Notes: generated by a model not told the origin, from the sequence alone. DNA of 64,000 nucleotides from an uncultured Candidatus Saccharibacteria bacterium (GCA_964466475.1 CAYXNB010000001.1:44635-108634), one strand, 5' to 3'; shown: positions 8,994 through 19,466, counted from the first letter of the stretch. Numbers and translations are program-made.

Positions 8994-11007
8994 GTTTTTT
9001 CAGTTCGTGTATTTTAGCATCTATCATAAGCTGATACCACCAGCCCTGAAGCACATGAAACAAAAAACCCTCCTTTCCGTCAAGAATTCCCAGACGCACC
9101 ACATACCGATAGAAAAAATAGAGGCCGGGACGGATAAAGAGCGGCAGGTTTCCGTATATCCGCTCTTTTACCCACCTTCTTTTTTCTATGCGCTCCCCCC
9201 CGAGCCGCGCCTCCACCCGACCTGTTTTTTTCTCCCGCAACCGTTCGCGCGCCTCTCTTGACGAATATGAGTTATGCTTCGCGATCCAGGCCTCAAGGCC
9301 GTTTTTATTTTCATCCACAAAATCATGCTTCAGTCGTCCGGCCCGGCCACCCTGAAGCACCACGTGTTCATCCACCTCGCGCTCCTCGTACCAGGCCTTC
9401 CCCTTTCGAAACAGGCGGAGTATCCAGGTTGGATAGTACCCGCCGTGCCGGATCCAGCGGCCCAAAAAATATCCCCGCCGCTTCATGTAGTATCCCACGA
9501 TATCTTCCGGCGTTTTCGGGAGCGTTTCCCGTATCTCCCTCGCTATCTCGGGGGTCAGATATTCGTCCGCGTCAAGGCGCAATATCCAGTCGCCCCGCAT
9601 TTCTATATTTCCCAGCGCCCAGTTAAACTGGTCTGCCTGATTCTCAAACTCGTGTTCATAGAAGCGCACGCCGTACATTTTCGCGATTTCGCGAGTCGTG
9701 TCCGTGGAGAACGAGTCCACCACGATAATTTCGTCCGCGACGTCCTTTATGCTTTTCAGGCACGCCCCCAGGTTTTTTTCCTCGTTTTTCGTCAGAATGA
9801 CGGCGGTTACGGATACCTTCTTTTTTTCTTCCATACAATCTTGATAGAGCCGTATAAATTCTTCGGCGATTTTTTCTCCCGTAAATTTTTCCCTGACCAA
9901 CTCCCTTCCCCGAACTCCCATTTCCTCCGCCTCTTTTTTCAACGCTTCGCGAATCCCCCGCGCGAGCGCGTCTTCATTTTTTTCCACCACAATCCCCGCG
10001 TTCGCCTTTTTTACTTCGGGAGCGATGCCTACTCCGCTCGTAAGGACTACCGGAATTTTCAGATACATCGCCTCCACCGCGGACATTCCGAAACTTTCCA
10101 TGTATGAGGGCAGCACAAGCGTCTTCGCGGCACGAAGAAGGCCTATTTTATTCTTGCCCGTTACCAGGCCCGCGAATACCACGCTCCCTCCAAGTCCGTT
10201 CTCGGCAATCATTTTCCGAATTTCCGTTCCGTATCCGTCTTCGTCACTCCCCGCAAGGACCAGCACCACGTTTTTGTTTTCTTCCCGCACTTTTTTGAAT
10301 GCCGGAATGAGCGTGTCTATGCCTTTTATCCAGTTCAGCCGCCCCAGGAATAAAACAATGTCCTTTTCCCCCTTGCCGGCTATCCCCAAATTTTTCCGGA
10401 CGATCTCTTCCTCCTCCCCTTCTTCTTTCTCGATCTCTTCGTTTATGCCGTTCGGGATTACGCGCACCTGCCGCGGGTTCGGAAAGCCCTGCTCCTTGTA
10501 TTCCTCATATTCGCGCTCTATGGTTGTGTGCAGCGCCTCAGCGCGCGCAATATTTCTACCCTCCACAAGCGCGATGTAGAGATTTTTCAGAAGCGTCCTC
10601 CTCCCGCCCATGGCTTGCTTCATCAGGCTTCCGCGAGGCGATATGATATACGGAATTCCGTATTTTCTCGCATAGTATCCGGCGAGGGTCGAGGTTGCCC
10701 GAAAGACAGAGTCGGTGTGAATCACGTCAAACTGGCCCGCGGTTTCGCGGAGCTTTTGATGCATGGCGCGCGAATATTCCCATGCCCGAGGAAATGAGGT
10801 CGGGAAATACCACACACGCACCCCGTCCACAACCACCTCCTCGTTTTTCGGCACGTCCAGCGTGTTTTTCCCGTCCATGTCCGTGGTATAGACCGTTACG
10901 TCCACTCCTTTTTTTACCAGCCATTTGTTCAGGTTGTGCACCGAGGCAATGGGGCCCCCGTACCGGTGTGCGGGCACGTACACAGACGCGAGATGAAGTA
11001 TTTTCAT
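8950..11007 (-). CDS. Bifunctional glycosyltransferase: N-terminal GT4 domain fused to C-terminal GT2 domain
   Basis: N-terminus MKILHLASVYVPAHRYGGP plus the E-x7-E region (GT4); C-terminus VSVTAVILTKNEEKNL, VVDSFSTDTT, LDADEY (GT2 DxD); 685 aa. Confidence 0.75.
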   Translation of the reverse strand: MKILHLASVYVPAHRYGGPIASVHNLNKWLVKKGVDVTVYTTDMDGKNTLDVPKNEEVVVDGVRVWYFPTSFPRAWEYSRAMHQKLRETAGQFDVIHTDSVFRATSTLAGYYARKYGIPYIISPRGSLMKQAMGGRRTLLKNLYIALVEGRNIARAEALHTTIEREYEEYKEQGFPNPRQVRVIPNGINEEIEKEEGEEEEIVRKNLGIAGKGEKDIVLFLGRLNWIKGIDTLIPAFKKVREENKNVVLVLAGSDEDGYGTEIRKMIAENGLGGSVVFAGLVTGKNKIGLLRAAKTLVLPSYMESFGMSAVEAMYLKIPVVLTSGVGIAPEVKKANAGIVVEKNEDALARGIREALKKEAEEMGVRGRELVREKFTGEKIAEEFIRLYQDCMEEKKKVSVTAVILTKNEEKNLGACLKSIKDVADEIIVVDSFSTDTTREIAKMYGVRFYEHEFENQADQFNWALGNIEMRGDWILRLDADEYLTPEIAREIRETLPKTPEDIVGYYMKRRGYFLGRWIRHGGYYPTWILRLFRKGKAWYEEREVDEHVVLQGGRAGRLKHDFVDENKNGLEAWIAKHNSYSSREARERLREKKTGRVEARLGGERIEKRRWVKERIYGNLPLFIRPGLYFFYRYVVRLGILDGKEGFLFHVLQGWWYQLMIDAKIHELKKHERKGKNTSHSRRG

Positions 11008-12473
11008 GCTTTTTTGCGGATCATTCCCATAATTTCCCTAAATGCTTTTTCCCGCATTGTATATAACATACCCGCGTATACCGCCCCTGACAATACCACG
11101 TTCCCCAACACGTGCAGTCCGCTCATTTTTATAATCGCACTTCCCCCCGCCATGATCGCGGAGGCGGCGAGTATTTTTCCTAACTGCGGACGCACCCGCA
11201 CTCCTGAAATTTTTTCCGCAAAACCCCAGACAAGCGTCATGTAGAGAAAAGCCGTTGTCGTAGTCGCCACGGCGGCGCCGAGCGCTCCATAGGCCGGAAT
11301 GAGAAGCGCGTTTAGGGCCACATTGGTTCCTGACGCCACTATCGTCATCCAGATCGCGTTTGCCTGTTTATCGTACGCGAACAGAAGGTTGAAAAATATA
11401 GCGAATGGACTGCTTGCGATCGTCATTAAAAGCAGTATCCATAATACGCCCCCCGCTCCAATATATTCCCCACCGAATAAGAACCCCAAAAGATCGTTCC
11501 CCACCACAAATCCGCCCGCGATAAACGGAAGGGTTACGAGATACGTTGCCTGGAGCGCCCCGCGCGCGGTTTCCTCCATCCTTTTTACGTCCTTTTGATG
11601 CACGAATCTCGAGACCGCGGGAAAGATTGCGGTCGCGATGATTCCGGGCAGAATGCTTAGTATCCCCACAATCCTCTGGGATGCCGCGTATTTTCCTATT
11701 TCTTCCGCGGTTCTCCACCATCCGAGCATTACAATGTCCACGTTGAACAGAAATAGGCTCGCGAATCCGGAGATGGCAAGCGGCCAGGCGGATTTCAATA
11801 TCGGCAAAATCAGCGCCTTTTTTGCGTTTTTTATCAATCCCCTTAGGAACGGGCGCGCCATGCCCGCGGCAACGCATGCGCCGAGGATGGCTGCAAAGGC
11901 ATATCCCATGGCGAATGCCAGAGGCGTTTTTGAAATAAGGAGCGCGACTATGCCGCAAAGAGCGACCAGCGCATTTGACGCAACCGTAACCGCGGCCTCA
12001 AGCTCCATTTTTTCCTTGCCCCGAAAAAGCGCGATCAAAAAGTCCCGCATATCATCCGCCACCAAAATCAGCATGACAAGCGGCAGAATCGGCAGCGCTT
12101 CCTCCACGGAACTCAGGAACGGCGCGACTCCGACCATGAGCGCGGCCGTTACAAGAAGAAGCCCCACCTCAATCCAGAGCGCGGTTGCTATATAAAACGG
12201 CTCCTCCTCCGTTTTTTTCGCTATTTCGCGCGTAAGGATGGAGTCAACTCCTATATTTTTTATAAATATAAAAAAGCCCATGAGGCCCATGGCGTATGAG
12301 AAAACTCCATATCCTGAAGCGCCCAGAACCCGTGCCGCGTATATCACGACCAATCCCTTTAAAAGCCTGCTCCCCGCGCTTCCCGCAAAGAGCCACGCCG
12401 CGTTTTTTACTATTGTTTCCTTTGTGCCGGCCATACGCGAAACACTATGCATTTTTTCTCTCCTCCCGTCCAT
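11004..12473 (-). CDS. Wzx-like polysaccharide flippase (MOP/oligosaccharidyl-lipid flippase family)
   Basis: 489 aa, about 12-14 predicted TM helices, N-terminal IVKNAAWLFAGSAGSRLLKGLVVIYAARVLG typical of polysaccharide biosynthesis protein family. Confidence 0.65.
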   Translation of the reverse strand: MDGRREKMHSVSRMAGTKETIVKNAAWLFAGSAGSRLLKGLVVIYAARVLGASGYGVFSYAMGLMGFFIFIKNIGVDSILTREIAKKTEEEPFYIATALWIEVGLLLVTAALMVGVAPFLSSVEEALPILPLVMLILVADDMRDFLIALFRGKEKMELEAAVTVASNALVALCGIVALLISKTPLAFAMGYAFAAILGACVAAGMARPFLRGLIKNAKKALILPILKSAWPLAISGFASLFLFNVDIVMLGWWRTAEEIGKYAASQRIVGILSILPGIIATAIFPAVSRFVHQKDVKRMEETARGALQATYLVTLPFIAGGFVVGNDLLGFLFGGEYIGAGGVLWILLLMTIASSPFAIFFNLLFAYDKQANAIWMTIVASGTNVALNALLIPAYGALGAAVATTTTAFLYMTLVWGFAEKISGVRVRPQLGKILAASAIMAGGSAIIKMSGLHVLGNVVLSGAVYAGMLYTMREKAFREIMGMIRKKA

Positions 12474-13716
12474 ACGTTAGCGCCACATGAAGAACTCCTA
12501 AAATTACGAGCGATTTTATGAGTCCGGCGTAGACGGGCGAAACCCAGTCCTCCGTCCCCTTCACTACCTGGAACCAGACGACCGCGTATATCATGATGCC
12601 GGAAAGGGCTTTGCCGGACTGCTTTATCAAACATTCATATAAAAACCTCCAGACGGCTCCGAGGGCCATCATGCCCCAGATAACGCCCGCAAGTCCGAAG
12701 TTCATATACCAGTCGCCCATGTTCGTCGGTCCTATTGTCGAGGTTACGGTCGGATGAAGGATCCCCAGCCGATGACCCAGGCCGCTCCCCCCGCTTATTA
12801 CCGGCTTTGTTTTCCAAAGTATTCTCGGAGGACCCAAACTTATGAAAAATTTTTTCAGGGATTTTTCTTCGAGAAGCGGGTCTATGTTTTCCACGATTTT
12901 TGAAAACACCACAAACTGGTTCAGGCGACTTAATGAACTTTCCGCGGCAAATCGCGCGGCTCCGCCTATTGCTCCCGCCCCACCGGATGCCTCCCCAAGA
13001 TACGGGGCGAGTATCTCCGGACTTCTGCACGCGCTCCCCAGAGGGAGGGCCGTGAAAACAGCTACCGCGCATATTCCGACCAGTTTTTTCCAGCGTATCG
13101 CCCCCCCGTACCACAGGACCATACACCAAGCAATGACGGGTACGATAAACGAAGTTCTGTTGCAGGAAGGAATCGCGTAGATCATCTCGCCCGCAAACGT
13201 TCCCCACGCCGCGTACTTCCATATCCGCGATCCCGCGCCTCCCCGTGCCCGCGCGCGAAGATGCATTCCCCACGCGATTACGAGCGCGGCGTATCCAAAA
13301 ATTGAGAGCATCCCCATCGCGCTAAACCACGGGCTTTTTTCAAGCGGTGTCGGGATCACGTGAAACCGATAGGCGCCCCCCGCGATCTGGATAATCTTCC
13401 CGGCTGTCGCAAAAAACCACAGCACGAACCAAACTATACGCGCCCTTTCTTCCTTCCAATCTTTTCGCAGTCCGGCGCCTATCCTTTTTTCCGCTCCGTT
13501 CAATATTCGCATTCTGTATCCGATAAAAAAACTTGAGCATCCAAGGATCGCGTATATAAGCGCTATCGCGTTTATGTTTTTCGGAACCCCCACGCTTTCG
13601 CTAAACCAGTCCCCAACCCCCAGAATGGCGAGGAGCGGAGCCGAAAAAAATATGACCCCGTAATAGAGGGTTGCGGAAAATCCGAGAGAGAAAGGATCAA
13701 TGCCCTTCTTATCCAT
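12445..13716 (-). CDS. Polytopic membrane protein, candidate O-unit polymerase (Wzy-like)
   Basis: 423 aa, about 10+ hydrophobic segments with a large loop; sits between flippase and glycosyltransferases; no strong motif, assignment by context. Confidence 0.35.
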   Translation of the reverse strand: MDKKGIDPFSLGFSATLYYGVIFFSAPLLAILGVGDWFSESVGVPKNINAIALIYAILGCSSFFIGYRMRILNGAEKRIGAGLRKDWKEERARIVWFVLWFFATAGKIIQIAGGAYRFHVIPTPLEKSPWFSAMGMLSIFGYAALVIAWGMHLRARARGGAGSRIWKYAAWGTFAGEMIYAIPSCNRTSFIVPVIAWCMVLWYGGAIRWKKLVGICAVAVFTALPLGSACRSPEILAPYLGEASGGAGAIGGAARFAAESSLSRLNQFVVFSKIVENIDPLLEEKSLKKFFISLGPPRILWKTKPVISGGSGLGHRLGILHPTVTSTIGPTNMGDWYMNFGLAGVIWGMMALGAVWRFLYECLIKQSGKALSGIMIYAVVWFQVVKGTEDWVSPVYAGLIKSLVILGVLHVALTYGREERKNA

Positions 13717-15442
13717 GTTTTTGCTTTGTAAAATCCCTTCTCTGAATCTCTATATCGTCCACCCGTTCTTCCGTGGATTTTTCCGCAGTTATCATCACTC
13801 CATATCCCCATAAAAACGGAATCTTGAACCTGCAGATGCTGTTCAGGCGTCTCGCGCGGCGAAGCGCACGGTGCGCCCCGTACAACCATTCGTTCGTCTT
13901 TCGCAACGCCTGTTTTCCGTAGGCGGGGTAGAGGGCGAGAGCGAGGAGCGCCACCAGATGATTTGGTATCGCTACGATAATCCCGCGATAATCGGAGAAG
14001 AGGACGGAAAATCCGCTGTGCCGAAGAAGGATGTGAAGCGTTTTCGGAGAATAGACGTGGTAGTGATGATCCGGAAAATCCTGGTACAAGGGTACGCTTA
14101 AAAGCAGCTTCCCGTCCGGAGCAAGCGTCCTTCGTATTTCTTCAAGAGTTTTTTTATCTTCCCACACATGCTCCAACACCTCGGTCATCACCGCGTATTT
14201 GAAGTAATTATCGGGAAACGGAAGGGGCTCCGTAACGGACTGCCTGCGAAACCATTCCGGTTCCGCGATTCCGTTATCCACCACGTCCACCAGGTAAGTT
14301 TCTTCGCACTTTTTTTTGATGTCCGGATAGTCCCTGCCCTCATAGTCCCCTATGACGAGCACCGGTCCCCGGTCAATCGTATCCAGAATATACCTGTTTT
14401 GGGTGTATCCGCCCGGGAAGTCTGACATGGTTTTCTCCGGAAACGCCTTTCTAAAAAGTCGACGCGGAAATGTCCGCGCGCCCTTGTGGGCGCGATAGCC
14501 CAACCTCACCACCCGCCTCGGAAGAAGCAGAAACGGCAGGGCTATCCAGAATTCTAGGAAATTCCAATAAAGCCGAAATGCTTTGTTTATTTTCGGCGAC
14601 TTCGACGCGAACCCTGTTTCATGTCCCAGCGCCCGCTCCACCACAACCGCTTTCCACGCTTTTCGAAATTGCGCCCGCATTGCCCCACGCAACACTCGTT
14701 TTTTTAAAAATTTTTTAAACCGGAGTGCGACCTTAGAATAGTTTATCCCGTGCACCTCAAAGGAATCGTACCAGCGCGCTTCTCCGGACGGCTTTGGATT
14801 ACTCCACACGCACGGCTCCTGAAGAAAGCGTAATCTCCCCCCTCCTTTTGTTATCACGTGAAGCACGAGGTACAACCCTGATAGCGTTGTCCCTATGCAT
14901 TCTTCCGCGCCCCCCATCCCGCTTTCCGCCACCTCTTTTTTAATAATTGTCATCGAAGGGAACCCCAAAAGCCCTATATTGATCGCGACAATCTCGTTCG
15001 AATCCCGAAATACCCGGTCGCCACCCAAATCCAAAGCAACATCCCGTTTGTCATATACGCTTCTCGAATTTACCCAGACGAAAGACGTTTCCGGATCTTC
15101 CGTAACGCATCGGAGAACTCTTTTTACCGCGTCCGGCGCCATGACGTCGTCTCCGAACCACCAGACATATTTTCCCCCGGCTTCTTTTGTCAAAAATAAG
15201 AGCGCCATGTCGTATCCTCCTTGTTTCGCTTTCTCTCCCTTATAATACCGGAGCGTTCCCGGGAACCGCGAAATTTCTTTTTCCACTATTTGTTTTGTTT
15301 CATTGCCGGGGCTATCGTCGCGTATCACGATTTCAACCTCCGGCCTCATCTGCTTTCCCACGCATTCCAGGAATGCCCGTACCCGTTCCGGCTGATTTAT
15401 GGTCGGCAGGCAGATGCTTAAAATAATGGTTTTCTGACTCAT
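13709..15442 (-). CDS. GT2 glycosyltransferase fused to C-terminal class I SAM-dependent methyltransferase
   Basis: N-terminus IILSICLPTINQPERV, IRDDSPGNET, WWFGDDV (GT2; paralog of 21837..22862); C-terminus VLVIGDYEGRDYP and VMTEVLEHVWEDKKTLEEIRRTLAPDGKLLLSVPL (MTase motifs I and post-II); start at internal Met giving 4-nt ATGA overlap with upstream gene. Confidence 0.65.
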   Translation of the reverse strand: MSQKTIILSICLPTINQPERVRAFLECVGKQMRPEVEIVIRDDSPGNETKQIVEKEISRFPGTLRYYKGEKAKQGGYDMALLFLTKEAGGKYVWWFGDDVMAPDAVKRVLRCVTEDPETSFVWVNSRSVYDKRDVALDLGGDRVFRDSNEIVAINIGLLGFPSMTIIKKEVAESGMGGAEECIGTTLSGLYLVLHVITKGGGRLRFLQEPCVWSNPKPSGEARWYDSFEVHGINYSKVALRFKKFLKKRVLRGAMRAQFRKAWKAVVVERALGHETGFASKSPKINKAFRLYWNFLEFWIALPFLLLPRRVVRLGYRAHKGARTFPRRLFRKAFPEKTMSDFPGGYTQNRYILDTIDRGPVLVIGDYEGRDYPDIKKKCEETYLVDVVDNGIAEPEWFRRQSVTEPLPFPDNYFKYAVMTEVLEHVWEDKKTLEEIRRTLAPDGKLLLSVPLYQDFPDHHYHVYSPKTLHILLRHSGFSVLFSDYRGIIVAIPNHLVALLALALYPAYGKQALRKTNEWLYGAHRALRRARRLNSICRFKIPFLWGYGVMITAEKSTEERVDDIEIQRRDFTKQKHG

Positions 15443-16662
15443 GTTTTTTTTGCGAAGAATTTTTTTATTGTTTCCGCAATATACTCCACTTCCGCCTGCT
15501 TCAGGTACGGGTGGCATCCCACGTAAAACCCGCTCTCATTGATCCATGCTGCCACCGGATAGTCCTTTTCGATTTCTCCAAAATATTTTTTATATACCGG
15601 CTGATTTATGAGCGGCACCATCTCTCTGGTCTCTATTTTTCGTTCCTCTAGGAAATTCACCAGGTCGTGTTTCTTGCCGTTTCTCAGTACGATGGGATAC
15701 ATCATAAAATTATGATCCCTGTCCTTGGGCGCACGGGGAAGCTGAATTTCATTCTCAAGACAGGAGAGGCGTTCGGTATACACCTTTGCTATCTTCCTTC
15801 TTTTTCTGATGTTTTCCGCCCGTGTTTCGAACTGCGCCACTCCAATCGCCGCCTCAAGCTCCGTCGCCCGCATGCTGTGCCCGAACCGCACGAATGAAAA
15901 GCGCTTTTCCACGATAAGGGAAAGTTTCTTTTTGGACACATTGTCGTCCGCGTCTATATTAAGGTAGATTGAATCCCGCCCGTGGTTCATAAAACTTCTC
16001 ATGATAATTGCGAGTTCTGGATCGCTTGTAATCGCGAGTCCCCCGACTCCGGTTACCAGAAAATGCGCCACGTATGTTGAAAAACATCCCACATCTCCGA
16101 AAGACCCCACTTTCCTTCCCTTGTGCCTTGCAAACATGCATTCACAAGAATCCTCAAGCACCCGGAGGCCGCGCTTTTTCGCCACCGCCATCACGCCGTC
16201 CATGTCGCACGGGAGCCCGAACAGGTGCACGGGGAGTATCGCTTTTGTCCGCGGAGTTATTGCCGCCTCTATCTTCTCCGGATCTATGTTGTAAGTATCT
16301 CTTTCCACGTCCACAAACACCGGACGCATATTGTTGTATATGACAATATTGGAGGTAGCGATAAACGTTACCGCAGGCACGATCACTTCGTCTCCGTCCT
16401 TCCATTGGTACTTTTCTTTCATTGCCGCAAGCGCCATATGGAGCGCGCTTGTGCCGCTATTTGAAAATACGGCGAATTTCGCCCCATGCTCTTTCGCAAA
16501 TATATCCTCAAATTTTTTACTCCATGGTCCGTAAGAAAGACGCCCGCTTTTTATCACGTCTGCGAGATATTTTTTTTCCTTTGCACCGAATTTAAATCCG
16601 GCGGATCCAATGGGGTGCTTTGGTTTATATTCCATGTTTTTTTGATACAATCTCCGCTTCAT
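15439..16662 (-). CDS. PMP-dependent sugar 3-dehydratase of DegT/AHBA-synthase fold (E1/ColD-like; Schiff-base Lys replaced by His)
   Basis: DegT-family fold; active-site segment FSTYVAHFLVTGVGG aligns to FSFYANKIMTTGEGG of the bona fide aminotransferase at 23524..24627, with His at the Lys position as in ColD/E1 dehydratases; adjacent to gmd and fcl-like genes. Confidence 0.6.
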   Translation of the reverse strand: MKRRLYQKNMEYKPKHPIGSAGFKFGAKEKKYLADVIKSGRLSYGPWSKKFEDIFAKEHGAKFAVFSNSGTSALHMALAAMKEKYQWKDGDEVIVPAVTFIATSNIVIYNNMRPVFVDVERDTYNIDPEKIEAAITPRTKAILPVHLFGLPCDMDGVMAVAKKRGLRVLEDSCECMFARHKGRKVGSFGDVGCFSTYVAHFLVTGVGGLAITSDPELAIIMRSFMNHGRDSIYLNIDADDNVSKKKLSLIVEKRFSFVRFGHSMRATELEAAIGVAQFETRAENIRKRRKIAKVYTERLSCLENEIQLPRAPKDRDHNFMMYPIVLRNGKKHDLVNFLEERKIETREMVPLINQPVYKKYFGEIEKDYPVAAWINESGFYVGCHPYLKQAEVEYIAETIKKFFAKKT

Positions 16663-17578
16663 ACCATTCTATTGTTTTTCGGAGACCCTCTTCAAATCCT
16701 GTCCGCGCCCGAAAGCCGAATTCCCGTTCCGCCTTTGCTACATCCAGCATTCTTTTTGGCTGACCATCCGGCCTTGTCGGATTCCACCGTATTTTTCCCC
16801 GGAAGTTCATGTGTGCTGCTATGTTTTCCGCAAGATCTTTTATGGAGATTTCCATGCCGGACCCAAGGTTTACGGGATCGGGTTTTTCATACTTTTCCGT
16901 CGCGAGAACTATTCCTTCCGCCGCGTCTTCAACATACAAAAATTCACGCGTCGCCGTGCCGCTCCCCCACACCTCCACCTCCGCCTTTCCAGCTTCTCTT
17001 GCTTCGCGGATTTTGCGAATAAGCGCGGGAATCACGTGCGAGGAATCGAGGTCGAAATTGTCTCCGGGTCCATAGAGGTTGATCATAAGAAGATGGATAC
17101 CTGAAAACCCGTACTCCGCGTAATACGACCGCGTTTGTTCAAGCATCATTTTTTTCGCGATACCGTAAGGCGCATTTAATTCCTCCGGATATCCGTCCCA
17201 TAGAGATCCTTCGCGAAACGGAGTCGGACAATATTTCGGATAGGAGCAGACCGTCCCTATGCCCACGAATTTTTTTATTCCCGCCCTGTAGGATGCCTCC
17301 ACCATATTCAGCGCCATTGCCGCATTATCATAAAAAAGCACTGCCGGATGCTCTTTGTTGAAGCCTATGCCCCCGACCACTCCCGCGAGATGGATGACAA
17401 CATCCGCCCCGCCAACCGCGCGATCACAGGACTCTCTTTGTCGCAGATCGAATCCGGGGCGCCGGGGAACTCGAATATTTTCTTCTGCAACCCCCCGTTC
17501 GACGAGTTTTTTTCGCACATACGCGCCCAGAAATCCGGCTCCTCCTGTTACCACCACTTTTTTATCGTGCAGTATCAT
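16625..17578 (-). CDS. fcl: GDP-L-fucose synthase family epimerase/reductase (Fcl/ColC-like)
   Basis: VVVTGGAGFLGAY Rossmann, catalytic Y-x3-K (PYGIAKK), 317 aa; immediately downstream of gmd with ATGA overlap. Confidence 0.7.
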   Translation of the reverse strand: MILHDKKVVVTGGAGFLGAYVRKKLVERGVAEENIRVPRRPGFDLRQRESCDRAVGGADVVIHLAGVVGGIGFNKEHPAVLFYDNAAMALNMVEASYRAGIKKFVGIGTVCSYPKYCPTPFREGSLWDGYPEELNAPYGIAKKMMLEQTRSYYAEYGFSGIHLLMINLYGPGDNFDLDSSHVIPALIRKIREAREAGKAEVEVWGSGTATREFLYVEDAAEGIVLATEKYEKPDPVNLGSGMEISIKDLAENIAAHMNFRGKIRWNPTRPDGQPKRMLDVAKAEREFGFRARTGFEEGLRKTIEWYEAEIVSKKHGI

Positions 17579-18552
17579 CGTGTTTTCTCCTCTCTTACCC
17601 GCCGCACGTCCTCTTCGACCATCATGCGGACAAGATCTTCAAAGGAAGTTTTGGGCTTCCAGCGGAGATGCTTTTTCGCTTTTTCGATATCTGCAACGAG
17701 GTTCTCCGGCTCGTTTCTCCGCTTTTCTGTCATATTTTCCGAAACATACTTTTTCCAATCAAGCCCGAGCATTCCGAATGCCCGTTCCGTGAATTCTTTT
17801 ACCGTGTGAGTCCTGCCGGTCCCTATAACATAATCGTCCGGTTCTTTTTCCTGGAGCATAAGCCACATGGCCTCCACATAGTCGCCCGCGAATCCCCAGT
17901 CGCGCCTGGCGTTTAGATTACCCAGATTCAGCCCGCATTCCTTGCCGTACCTGATCCCTGCCGCGGCATGCGTAATTTTCCTTGTTACGTACATTTCATT
18001 CCTTCTCGGCGATTCGTGGTTAAACAAAATTCCGGTGCAAGCAAAAACTCCGTATGCTTCCCGATATATTCTTGTGAGCTGCAGCGACGCGGCTTTTGCG
18101 ACTCCGTAGACCGAAATCGGGGCATAGGGCGTTTTTTCGTTCTGAGGGAAAATTTTTGTCTTGCCGAATATCTCGCTTGATCCCGCTCCGAAAAATCTGC
18201 ACCCGCTTCCCTTTCGCTTCAGGGCGGCGAGGAATATCTGGGTTGCCATTGCGTTTATGGCGATTGTTTCCGTTTCTTCCTCCGGGCGCTGGGACTGCTT
18301 TTGGCCGGCCAGATGATAAATTTCATCCGGACGCACGGCGACCAGATTCTTCACGAAGTTTTCATCCCCCACGGATCCGCGACGCATCTTCACGCGACCC
18401 TCAAGGTGGCGTATCCTCCAAAATTCCGGACTTTTCCAAGAAATTTTTTGGCGCGTCACTCCTACTATGTCATATCCCTTTTTCAAAAGAAACTCTGCCA
18501 GATATGATCCGTCCTGTCCGGTCATTCCTGTTATTACCGCCTTTTTCTTCAT
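17575..18552 (-). CDS. gmd: GDP-mannose 4,6-dehydratase (copy 1)
   Basis: [55 protein letters not shown] hallmark Gmd motifs; start set at internal MKKKAVITG giving ATGA overlap with upstream gene. Confidence 0.85.
   Translation of the reverse strand: MKKKAVITGMTGQDGSYLAEFLLKKGYDIVGVTRQKISWKSPEFWRIRHLEGRVKMRRGSVGDENFVKNLVAVRPDEIYHLAGQKQSQRPEEETETIAINAMATQIFLAALKRKGSGCRFFGAGSSEIFGKTKIFPQNEKTPYAPISVYGVAKAASLQLTRIYREAYGVFACTGILFNHESPRRNEMYVTRKITHAAAGIRYGKECGLNLGNLNARRDWGFAGDYVEAMWLMLQEKEPDDYVIGTGRTHTVKEFTERAFGMLGLDWKKYVSENMTEKRRNEPENLVADIEKAKKHLRWKPKTSFEDLVRMMVEEDVRRVREEKTR
17831..17916. repeat. 86-bp tract 100% identical to 19782..19867 (gene-conversion tract between gmd paralogs)
   Basis: taatcgtccggttctttttcctggagcataagccacatggcctccacatagtcgcccgcgaatccccagtcgcgcctggcgtttag present in both gmd copies while flanking coding sequence is diverged. 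Confidence 0.8.
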
Positions 18553-19466
18553 GTGTTTTTTTCCCACCACCGGCACTCCGGAGCCCACTCCTTCATGCGG
18601 TTGTAGGTCAGACGAAGTCCTTCCTCTAAGGTGTGTCGCGGCTCCCAGCCGGTCAATTTTTTTACCAACGAAATGTCACATCGAAAATTCATCGGGCCGG
18701 ATACCTGCTTCCGAAGATCGCGTATTTTTTTTCCGGAAATTTCTCCCAATATATCCGCTATGCGCTTTACGCTGACCGATGTGCCAGTGCCCAGATTCAC
18801 AATTCCGGTGTATTCCGTATCCGTCAATTTTACGATTGCCTCCGCCGCATCGTCCAGATACAAAAAGTCCCGCACCGGATCCCCGTTCCAAATAGTCACC
18901 TCTTCCGGCCCTAGTATATTTTGCACTAAGGTCGGCACAAGGTCAGGACGTACAAGTTTTGTCGGTCCGTAAATGTTTGAGAATCGGATGACGATGGAGG
19001 GGACTCTGTCCTTATAAAAACACACAACCTCTTCCGACAGGTGCTTGCTAAATATATATTCGTTTACATATGGATTCGTCTCCTGACTTTCATCCACTGG
19101 CAATTTCATTTTCCTTTCATCATAGAGCAGTATGGTTGTGAAGCAGACAAATTTTTTTATGTTCCTTTTTTGAAAATAAAAGAGCGCCTTTTTTATAGGC
19201 AGAACGTTTTTTTCAATGCCGATAATCGGATCTCTGTTTATGACGTGGTGATCGGAACTTCCGATAAGAAATATCACCTTTTCTACCTCCACGCTGTCTA
19301 GCGCGCGGAGATCGTCCATGCTCTCCAGATGGATGTGCTCGTTTTTTACATAGTCCGGCGGCTTTGTTCTGCCCACCGATATAATATCGGGGTATTTTTC
19401 CAATATAATCGGCCCCAAAAATCCACTCCCTCCGAACAACAATGTTTTTCCCCCGTATTTTTTCAT
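18549..19466 (-). CDS. NAD-dependent epimerase/dehydratase (extended SDR), candidate GDP-4-keto-6-deoxymannose reductase (Rmd-like)
   Basis: LLFGGSGFLG Rossmann, Y-x3-K (YIFSK), 305 aa; sandwiched between two gmd genes. Confidence 0.55.
   Translation of the reverse strand: MKKYGGKTLLFGGSGFLGPIILEKYPDIISVGRTKPPDYVKNEHIHLESMDDLRALDSVEVEKVIFLIGSSDHHVINRDPIIGIEKNVLPIKKALFYFQKRNIKKFVCFTTILLYDERKMKLPVDESQETNPYVNEYIFSKHLSEEVVCFYKDRVPSIVIRFSNIYGPTKLVRPDLVPTLVQNILGPEEVTIWNGDPVRDFLYLDDAAEAIVKLTDTEYTGIVNLGTGTSVSVKRIADILGEISGKKIRDLRKQVSGPMNFRCDISLVKKLTGWEPRHTLEEGLRLTYNRMKEWAPECRWWEKNT

Noticed and set aside
9274-10107. Long plus-strand ORFs antisense to well-supported minus-strand genes (also 25005..25859, 29501..30634, 36025..37344, 43389..44723, 49736..50431, 53495..54046, 7300..7926)
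   Set aside because: No recognisable domains; Arg/Pro/Ser-rich low-complexity translations typical of antisense frames of GC-rich coding DNA; the opposite-strand genes have strong family signatures.
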